Positions 50,380-56,469 of a stretch of DNA of 56,469 nucleotides are shown here, piece after piece. The position numbers were made by a program, and so were the translations under genes. Numbering within the stretch: the first letter of the stretch is position 1; each line of letters starts with the position of its first letter. Source of the DNA: Oscillospiraceae bacterium (GTDB lineage Bacteria; Bacillota; Clostridia; Oscillospirales; Oscillospiraceae); assembly GCA_045642545.1 (NCBI GenBank), contig JAZUJB010000096.1, forward strand, positions 1 through 56,469, given 5' to 3'. Under the pieces are notes generated by a model. The model was given only the letters and a program-made list of their open reading frames with translations, ran no database searches and was not told where the DNA came from.

Positions 50380-53336
50380 TATTCTGTTCTGAGTGCTACA
50401 ACGGGGTCCTTGTTTGCGGCAACGCGAGAGGGGATAAGTCCTGCGACCACAGTAAGCATCATGCTGATTGCAACGAGTGCAACTGCTGCAAGCGGCGGAA
50501 GCACTGCATTGATGGAGTAGATGTTCGTCAGGTGGTGTACGATTGCGTTAATCGGTATGCACAGCAGAATTGTAACGAGTATACCGATAAGACCTGCGCC
50601 GAAGCCGACGATAACGGTTTCAGCATTGAACACGCTGGAGATATCGCGCTTTGATGCGCCGATTGCACGCAGAATACCGATTTCCTTGTTGCGTTCAAGA
50701 ACACTGATGTAGGTGATGATGCCAATCATTATGCTCGATACGATAAGGCTGATTGCAACGAAGGCAATGAGAACATAGAAAATGAGATCGATTATCTTTG
50801 TGAAGGAGCTCATAATCAATCCGACATAGTCGGTGTAGCTGATTTTGTCCGCTTTTTCAACACTGTCATTGTAGCCCTCGATGATTTCGTTGACTGCGTC
50901 CTTGTCTGCAAAGGTGGAAACGAAGATATTTATTGCGGCAGGGGAGTCGAGGTCAACATAGCCGAGAATGCGGAGATTGTCCTTGTAGCTTGAGTCCGAG
51001 AAGGTTTCGGGCATATAGCTGTCGTATATCAGCTTGTAGCCCTCATCGGTGAAATAGCAGTTGTCGAATGCTTCGGCAAGGCTTGCGGTGGGCAGAGAAC
51101 TCATTGAGGATTTGACGCTTTCTGCATATTTCTCCGCAATCTGCGCGGACATCATCTCACGCATATAAGCAAACAGCGTATCGTCGTCCATTGCCTCAAG
51201 GATGTCCTTGTACTCGGGATAGTTTTCAACAACGGTCTTTTCGATGTCCTCGCGGCTTACGCCGTCAAGCTGCTCATCGATTATGGAGTCAATGTAGGAC
51301 TGCGGAGCAACGGACATATAGCCTACATAGATTTCGGCCTTTTTCTCATCGCTTATGTCCTTGCAGTACTCAATAACGGTGTTCTTGATTTCCTCATCGG
51401 AGGGAGTGGTGTCCTCCTCCTTGAACGGCAGGCCTGTGAAAATGTCATTTTTGGGGTCTGCAAGCTGGTCCTTGACGAGCGGCTTTTCTGCAGTTTCCTC
51501 AACAATCTTCTTTGTCAGCGCGTTGGTATAGCCGATTGAGCCGGATTCCATCATTCCGCTGACAGACTCGGCACTCTGACGGACAACACCGACAATCTTA
51601 AGCTCCATTGCATTGTTGTACAGTGTCTTCAGACCGAGGTCATCGCTGCTGATGTTAATGTACTTGCCGGTTACGGGGTCGAGCTGGTAGCAGTCGGCAG
51701 GGAGAATAAGACGGAAGGTCTGATTGCAGATGTCAGAGTAGCTCCAGCTTTCGACTTTGCTGTTTTCAACCTCTTCGCCCGTCATATACTGAGTCATTGC
51801 GCTCATCATTTCGTTGGCGGATTTAAGGCCGAGCGCGTACAGAACAAGGTCGGATACCTCGTTGTTCTGGTCAACGATGAGAACAACCTCGTCGTAGTTT
51901 TCGGGCCATGCGCCGTAAAGCACATCGTACTGCTGACGCATCAGACTGCTTACAAGCTCATCTCCGTCGCCGGGCAGCATCTCCTGCCATACATTGAACT
52001 GGCTTGAGGTAGCGGAAACGCCGGATGCACTGAACATATCGTTCATGGAAGCGTTAACCGACTGCTCGGCATCCTCGCCGATTACGCCTGCTCGCATAGA
52101 ACTGAACAGAGCCATAACATCGGACTGAATAATCTTGCCGTCTGCGTCCTTGGTGTAGAGATTCATCGGCAGATTGTAGCTGTACTGAATATTGGAAACA
52201 TGCTGACTCATCGGAGTGTCGCCGCTCATCTGTTCATCGATGTAATCCTTAAACGCGCGCAGATTATTGGTCTGCACCTCGGTGTTGGACATGGCACTCA
52301 TCATATCGTACATGATGGTGTTTGCGTATACCGCATCGTCATCGTGCGTGTTTTCCGCGTCCTCGGAATTAAGGCCCATAAGAGTGGTCATAAGCTCGGA
52401 CATATCAACGGTTTCCGCCATAATGGTAAGCGGGTAGGTGGAGAGAGTGTCCTCCTGCACCTTGTCGATGTAGTTGTTTACGCCCGTTGAGATTGAGAGT
52501 ATAAGCGCGATGCCGATGATGCCTATACTGCCAGCAAATGAGGTAAGCAGGGTGCGGCCCTTCTTGGTCATAAGGTTGTTCAGCGACAGCGACAGCGCGG
52601 TGATGTAGCTCATTGCGGTCTTTTTAAGACTCATACCCGAGTCGGTGTCAGCCTCAGCGGTGTACGGTTCGGTGTCATCGGTGATAAGACCGTCCTTGAG
52701 GCGGATAATGCGCGAGGCGTAGTCCTCGGCAAGCTCGGGGTTGTGGGTAACCATTATGATGAGCTTATCCTTGGAGATGTTCTTGAGAATCTCCATAATC
52801 TGAACGCTCGTGTCTGAGTCGAGAGCACCCGTGGGCTCGTCGGCAAGCAGAATGTCGGGGTCGTTTACAAGCGCTCGCGCAATTGCCACTCGCTGCATCT
52901 GTCCGCCGGACATCTGATTGGGCTTCTTGTTCAGCTGGTCGCCCAGACCAACCTGCTCAAGCGCGTGAATAGCACGCTCGCGGCGTTCAGCCTTTGAAAC
53001 ACCCGACAGAGTGAGCGCAAGCTCAACATTGGAAAGAACCGTCTGATGCGGAATGAGATTGTATGACTGGAAAACGAAGCCGATTGAGTGATTGCGGTAG
53101 CTGTCCCAGTCTCTGTCAGAGTAGTCCTTTGTTGAGCGGCCGTTAATAATGAGGTCACCGTCGGTGTAGGTATCAAGACCGCCGATGATGTTCAGCAGTG
53201 TTGTCTTGCCGCAGCCCGAGTGACCGAGAATGGCGACAAACTCGCTCTCGCGGAATTCAAGGTCAATGCCCTTGAGCGCGTGAACGGTATCCTCGCCTAT
53301 GGAATAATCCTTTGTAATGCCTTTAAGTTTCAGCAT
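50379..53336 (-). CDS. Fused ABC transporter ATPase plus FtsX-type permease (MacB architecture) with a ~550-aa extracytoplasmic domain
   Basis: N-terminal NBD ([35 protein letters not shown]), TM1, a long soluble insert, then three C-terminal FtsX helices. The start at 53336 (MLKLKG) is chosen over the ORF-track start at 53381. Confidence 0.85.
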   Translation of the reverse strand: MLKLKGITKDYSIGEDTVHALKGIDLEFRESEFVAILGHSGCGKTTLLNIIGGLDTYTDGDLIINGRSTKDYSDRDWDSYRNHSIGFVFQSYNLIPHQTVLSNVELALTLSGVSKAERRERAIHALEQVGLGDQLNKKPNQMSGGQMQRVAIARALVNDPDILLADEPTGALDSDTSVQIMEILKNISKDKLIIMVTHNPELAEDYASRIIRLKDGLITDDTEPYTAEADTDSGMSLKKTAMSYITALSLSLNNLMTKKGRTLLTSFAGSIGIIGIALILSISTGVNNYIDKVQEDTLSTYPLTIMAETVDMSELMTTLMGLNSEDAENTHDDDAVYANTIMYDMMSAMSNTEVQTNNLRAFKDYIDEQMSGDTPMSQHVSNIQYSYNLPMNLYTKDADGKIIQSDVMALFSSMRAGVIGEDAEQSVNASMNDMFSASGVSATSSQFNVWQEMLPGDGDELVSSLMRQQYDVLYGAWPENYDEVVLIVDQNNEVSDLVLYALGLKSANEMMSAMTQYMTGEEVENSKVESWSYSDICNQTFRLILPADCYQLDPVTGKYINISSDDLGLKTLYNNAMELKIVGVVRQSAESVSGMMESGSIGYTNALTKKIVEETAEKPLVKDQLADPKNDIFTGLPFKEEDTTPSDEEIKNTVIEYCKDISDEKKAEIYVGYMSVAPQSYIDSIIDEQLDGVSREDIEKTVVENYPEYKDILEAMDDDTLFAYMREMMSAQIAEKYAESVKSSMSSLPTASLAEAFDNCYFTDEGYKLIYDSYMPETFSDSSYKDNLRILGYVDLDSPAAINIFVSTFADKDAVNEIIEGYNDSVEKADKISYTDYVGLIMSSFTKIIDLIFYVLIAFVAISLIVSSIMIGIITYISVLERNKEIGILRAIGASKRDISSVFNAETVIVGFGAGLIGILVTILLCIPINAIVHHLTNIYSINAVLPPLAAVALVAISMMLTVVAGLIPSRVAANKDPVVALRTE

Positions 53337-53373
53337 GGCAAACCTTCCCAAACTAATTAAAGTATAATAAAGT

Positions 53374-53402
53374 ATTATCACCTTTTTTGAGCCTTAAGTC
53401 AA
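53374..53402 (-). promoter_or_regulatory. Sigma-A promoter for the MacB-like gene
   Basis: The minus strand reads TTGACT, 17 nt, GATAAT. Confidence 0.5.
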
Positions 53403-53435
53403 TAGATATAACAAAAAGTTCGGAATTGAGTTGTG

Positions 53436-53464
53436 TTGACAATTGATGCTCACTGGGTTAAAAT
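53436..53464 (+). promoter_or_regulatory. Sigma-A promoter for tRNA-Arg
   Basis: TTGACA, 17 nt, TAAAAT. The -10 ends 11 nt before the mature tRNA 5' end. Confidence 0.65.
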
Positions 53465-53475
53465 GAATCCACTGT

Positions 53476-53552
53476 GCCTCCGTAGCTCACCGGGATAGAG
53501 CGTGCGCCTCCTAAGCGCAAGGTAGTGAGTTCGAGTCTCGCCGGGGGTGCCA
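53476..53552 (+). tRNA. tRNA-Arg (anticodon CCT)
   Basis: 77-nt cloverleaf: acceptor GCCTCCG/CGGGGGT, D stem GCTC/GAGC, anticodon stem TGCGC/GCGCA, loop CTCCTAA, T arm GTGAG-TTCGAGT-CTCGC, encoded CCA. Confidence 0.9.
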
Positions 53553-53556
53553 TAGT

Positions 53557-53585
53557 AAAAAAGCACCGCTTTTGCGGTGCTTTTT
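53557..53585 (+). terminator. Intrinsic terminator after tRNA-Arg
   Basis: Stem AAAAAGCACCGC/GCGGTGCTTTTT. Confidence 0.8.
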
Positions 53586-53682
53586 AGTTTAGAAATCACT
53601 ACCGTGTCATCCCCGAGCGGTTGCCCGTGCCTGCACGGGCGAGCGAGTGGGGACATAGCGTCCGCACTGCGGCCGAAGGCGC

Positions 53683-53713
53683 AGTGAGTTCGAGTCTCGC
53701 CGGGGGTGCCATA
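53683..53713 (+). repeat. Second copy of the tRNA-Arg 3' end (31-bp direct repeat of 53524-53554), a tRNA fragment or att-like site
   Basis: The exact repeat AGTGAGTTCGAGTCTCGCCGGGGGTGCCATA covers the T arm, acceptor 3' strand and CCA. No intact cloverleaf lies upstream of it. Confidence 0.85.
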
Positions 53714-53746
53714 AAAAAGGAAGTCCGTTTCGGACTTCCTTTTTTA
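53713..53746. terminator. Bidirectional terminator
   Basis: Stem AAAAAGGAAGTCCG/CGGACTTCCTTTTT. Confidence 0.8.
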
Positions 53747-53753
53747 TTTTCAG

Positions 53754-54794
53754 TTACATATTTTCGTAGAAGATAGCTCTTGCGATGGAGAAGCAGGTCA
53801 TAAATACCATGTCAAGGTCGGAATTACTGCACTCTACGCGGAACAGACCGTTTACGGGTATCCTGGAGAGCGGGTTCCCGGAATTGCCGTTGAGAATCTC
53901 GGTGCCTGCGGTTTCGATGTATGCGACCTTAACTCCGTAGTGGAGAACATCGAAGCAGGGCTTTATGCCATTCATTCTGAAATCAAAGCCGAAGCCTTTT
54001 GCTGCGAGATACTCCCAGTTGCTTACACCGTCAATGGTGAATGATGAGCTGATGGGAACTTCGTAGCTGAAGTGGCCTTGACCCAGACCCACAGACTTTG
54101 AAATGGTGTGTCCGATTTCCATTGTCTTGACGCTATATGAAATGTGATTGATGAACTCAAATTCAAAGGGCTTTGCTACGGAGAACCTGGTCATATTTGC
54201 TTCGTAAATCTTACGATGCTCGGCATCTTCAAGCTGATAACCCTGCTTAATGTTTTTGTCAAAGTGGAATACATAGCTGTTTGTCGGCTCAGCGCTGTTT
54301 CTGATTTCTTCAATCTCTTCCTCGGAAACATTGCTCATATCTACGCGATTGTACTCGTTCATATCGGAAGAACGCTGCTTAATGCTCTTGACTGTAGAGA
54401 TGATGCCGGCGACAAATGCGATGACACCCACCGCAAGAACGATGTAGACAATAAATCCGGAGCCGGGAGCCTGTATGTGAGAGGGATCGGCGGGATCGTA
54501 TTCAATGTCCACAGTGTCGCCGACAGCCATAGATGAGTTGTAGCTGCCGTATTCAATGTTTTTGTAGTCTACACCGTCGACTGTGTAGTCAACGAGAACG
54601 GTATATACATCAGTCTCCTGAGCAAGATCATATTCGGACTGAATGTCAACAATCGTTGCGGTTGCGGGGACATATTCAACCTTCGGGCCACGCATCATAA
54701 AAATGCTGATTACTACAAACAGAAGACCTATAATCATCAGACCGATGGCAGCTCTTGTTCTTGCTGCTTTTCTGAATTTGTTGAGAATTTCCAT
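53754..54794 (-). CDS. DUF3592-type membrane protein with an uncharacterised ~200-aa cytoplasmic C-terminal domain
   Basis: TM helix, a beta-rich loop (VDYTVDGVDY...GDTVDIEYDPADP), and a second TM helix form the DUF3592 pattern. The C-terminal half has no motif I recognise. Confidence 0.6.
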   Translation of the reverse strand: MEILNKFRKAARTRAAIGLMIIGLLFVVISIFMMRGPKVEYVPATATIVDIQSEYDLAQETDVYTVLVDYTVDGVDYKNIEYGSYNSSMAVGDTVDIEYDPADPSHIQAPGSGFIVYIVLAVGVIAFVAGIISTVKSIKQRSSDMNEYNRVDMSNVSEEEIEEIRNSAEPTNSYVFHFDKNIKQGYQLEDAEHRKIYEANMTRFSVAKPFEFEFINHISYSVKTMEIGHTISKSVGLGQGHFSYEVPISSSFTIDGVSNWEYLAAKGFGFDFRMNGIKPCFDVLHYGVKVAYIETAGTEILNGNSGNPLSRIPVNGLFRVECSNSDLDMVFMTCFSIARAIFYENM

Positions 54795-54849
54795 ACTGAC
54801 TGTCCTTTCGTATTATATTCAAAAATTTTAGACTTCTTCCAAATGACTG

Positions 54850-55143
54850 TCAACCGAGCCAGCGGCACTTTTCCATATCAACTCTGCCGTCGGGCAGGAA
54901 GGGAATACCCTCAGCCTCAAGCCGCGCTCTGCGAAGCTCGGCGTATTCGCCGCCCGTAATCTCACCGTCAGCCTTGACGACTCTCTGCCACGGTAGCTCA
55001 TCGGGGCAGCAACGCATTGCCCATCCGACCTGCCTTGCTGCTCTCGGAGAACCGAGCATCCAGGCGAGCTGACCGTATGATACTACCTTGCCGTACGGTA
55101 TTTTTTCAACAATGCCATATACCTGCTCAAAAAACGGTTTCAT
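54850..55143 (-). CDS. Alkyltransferase-like (ATL) protein: MGMT-family DNA-binding domain lacking the acceptor cysteine
   Basis: The motif YGQLA...ARQVGWA...LPWQRVV has Trp where MGMT has PCHRV Cys. The start at 55143 is preceded by GGAG. Confidence 0.75.
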   Translation of the reverse strand: MKPFFEQVYGIVEKIPYGKVVSYGQLAWMLGSPRAARQVGWAMRCCPDELPWQRVVKADGEITGGEYAELRRARLEAEGIPFLPDGRVDMEKCRWLG

Positions 55144-55197
55144 AAAAATCTCCTGAAATATCAATGTGCAAATTATAGCACATAGTGGATATCTAGT

Positions 55198-55233
55198 CAA
55201 AAAACAGCGCTCAGAGAATAACTCTGAGCGCTG
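55198..55233 (-). terminator. Intrinsic terminator after hypA
   Basis: Stem CAGCGCTCAGAG/CTCTGAGCGCTG, with a T-run on the minus strand. Confidence 0.75.
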
Positions 55234-55239
55234 AGTTTG

Positions 55240-55581
55240 TTAATACGCTTCAATTTCTTTTATAGTCAGGTCGCGGCCGGTCAGCGGATTGAGCTTATTG
55301 CCGCCGCACTCGGGACAGACAAGCTTTTCGAGGTCTGCTTCAAATACGGCTCCGCAGTCAAGACATTCCGCAGTGCCGGGTACAGACTCGACAACAAACT
55401 CGGTGTCGGCGTATGCCGTGCCGTCGGAAACAGCCACCCAGCAATCGCTGAGAAATGCGGGCATTACGCCCGAAAGCATACCGACCTCAACAGTGATTTT
55501 GTTAACGCCCTCAAGCTGTTCGTCCTTTACAATGCCGTCGACCATCTTAAGCAGTGCGTCGCATATACCAAGCTCGTGCAT
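55240..55581 (-). CDS. hypA: Hydrogenase/metalloenzyme nickel insertion protein HypA family
   Basis: N-terminal MHE nickel motif and zinc site CLDCG...CPECG. Length is 113 aa. The start overlaps the upstream stop (TAATG). Confidence 0.8.
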   Translation of the reverse strand: MHELGICDALLKMVDGIVKDEQLEGVNKITVEVGMLSGVMPAFLSDCWVAVSDGTAYADTEFVVESVPGTAECLDCGAVFEADLEKLVCPECGGNKLNPLTGRDLTIKEIEAY

Positions 55582-56469
55582 TACTTCTTAACAGCCTTCT
55601 TGATGATGTTGCCGCTGCGCTTTACAAGACCCTCGGCCATCTTGATGGGCAAGGTCTCGAAGGTGCCTGCATGCCAGTTGCGAACCTTCTTGAGCTTGAT
55701 TGCATCAAACTTGCACTTTGTGGTGCAAAGACCGCAGCCGATGCACAGGTAATCATCAACCTTGGTTGCGCCGCAGCCGAGGCAGCGCGCGGTTTCCTTG
55801 CGTACCTGCTCCTCGGTGAAGGTAACACGCGTATCGGAGAAGGTGTTAGCCTTTGCCTCGTTGTAGCCGTGAATCTGACGCTTGCCGTGGTCAAAGCCGC
55901 CTACGCCGACAAGTGCGTGCTCTTTATCGAGCTCGCGGTAAATTCTGCGGTCGCGGCCTGCAGTGAGAGTCTGACCGGGATGTACATAGCGGTGCAGGGA
56001 GATAGCTGCTTCTTTGCCTGCTGCGATTGCATCGATTGCAAACTTAGGACCGGTGTAGACATCGCCGCCGACGAAGATGTCGGGCTGTGCGGTCTGATAG
56101 GTGAGCTCGTCAGCAATTGCGGTGCCCTTTTCGGTGGTCTTGAGCTCACCGATATCGAGCTTGCCCCAATCGACCTTCTGACCGATTGCGCAGATGACTG
56201 AGTCAGCCTTGACCTCGCCTGCATCGCACTTGAGTGCGCTGACCTTGCCGGCCTTGCCGATAATCTCAACGGGCTTGTGCTCGAATACGAACTTTACGCC
56301 CTCTGCCTTTGCCTCTGCAACCTCTTCAGGGTCAGCGGGCATATTCTCTTCTTTTCTGCGGTAAACGACGGTTACATCTGCACCGAGACGGATAGCAGCT
56401 CTTGCAACATCCATTGCAACATTGCCGCCGCCGATAACTGCAACCTTCTTGCCGAGCTCGACCTTGTTG
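55581..56469 (-). CDS. Partial (N-terminus outside the window) GltD-like NAD(P)H/FAD oxidoreductase with a C-terminal 4Fe-4S ferredoxin motif
   Basis: NAD(P)-binding Rossmann GKKVAVIGGGNVAMDVARAA, FVGGDV, and the C-terminal CLGCG...CIGCGLCTTKC. The reading frame is open to the window edge. Confidence 0.7.
   Translation of the reverse strand, partial: NKVELGKKVAVIGGGNVAMDVARAAIRLGADVTVVYRRKEENMPADPEEVAEAKAEGVKFVFEHKPVEIIGKAGKVSALKCDAGEVKADSVICAIGQKVDWGKLDIGELKTTEKGTAIADELTYQTAQPDIFVGGDVYTGPKFAIDAIAAGKEAAISLHRYVHPGQTLTAGRDRRIYRELDKEHALVGVGGFDHGKRQIHGYNEAKANTFSDTRVTFTEEQVRKETARCLGCGATKVDDYLCIGCGLCTTKCKFDAIKLKKVRNWHAGTFETLPIKMAEGLVKRSGNIIKKAVKK

Noticed and set aside
53609-53711. Possibility that the second tRNA-like segment is a long-arm tRNA (Sec, Ser or Leu) or an intron-containing tRNA.
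   Set aside because: An acceptor-like pairing ATCCCCG/CGGGGGT exists. However, no D arm or 7-nt anticodon loop can be drawn, there is no TCA anticodon, and the variable region is missing. The stable CACTGCG/CGCAGTG stem also consumes part of the T arm.

Overview
This 56.5-kb window looks like core chromosome of an endospore-forming Clostridia-type Firmicute. That assignment is inferred from the presence of spoIIGA-sigE and yabP-yabQ-divIC-yabR, and from PolC and ECF gene order.

Gene content, in order:
- The window opens with the tail of an rRNA operon: 5S rRNA, then tRNA-Asn, tRNA(CAT) and tRNA-Trp.
- Housekeeping operons follow: a LysR regulator and a CofE-like gene, methionine gamma-lyase, HtrA, a YtrA-type GntR/ABC operon, an M20 peptidase with a YfcC carrier, ecfA1-ecfA2-ecfT-truA, and a ClpC-like unfoldase.
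- Next come potABCD, pyrH-frr-uppS-dxr-rseP-ispG-polC, thiN-mnmG-mnmA, guaB, cysK-cysE, a giant MacB-like ABC fusion, tRNA-Arg(CCT), an ATL protein, HypA, and a partial GltD-like oxidoreductase.
- I saw no CRISPR array, transposase, integrase or recognisable defence genes.

Most interesting signals, all read directly from the sequence:
1. The cysK-cysE control region has a consensus promoter and a 24-codon upstream ORF with 7 Cys codons. Four mutually exclusive pairing segments end in an intrinsic terminator. This is a candidate cysteine-sensing leader-peptide attenuator. It is flanked by two copies of a TTTGTAGGAATT box that resemble Rrf2/CymR operators.
2. A ~0.5-kb non-coding island downstream of yabR is densely packed with TGCA-core repeats. 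It is followed by an unannotated 26-codon hydrophobic ORF that has its own promoter and terminator.
3. A 'headless' pseudokinase is fused through a transmembrane helix and a (PEPT)n stalk to a C-type-lectin-like ectodomain.
4. A 31-bp duplication of the tRNA-Arg 3' end encloses a GC-rich structured 130-bp segment. This is either an att-like scar or a tRNA-like RNA.

All functional calls rest on motif recognition by eye. No database searches were run.
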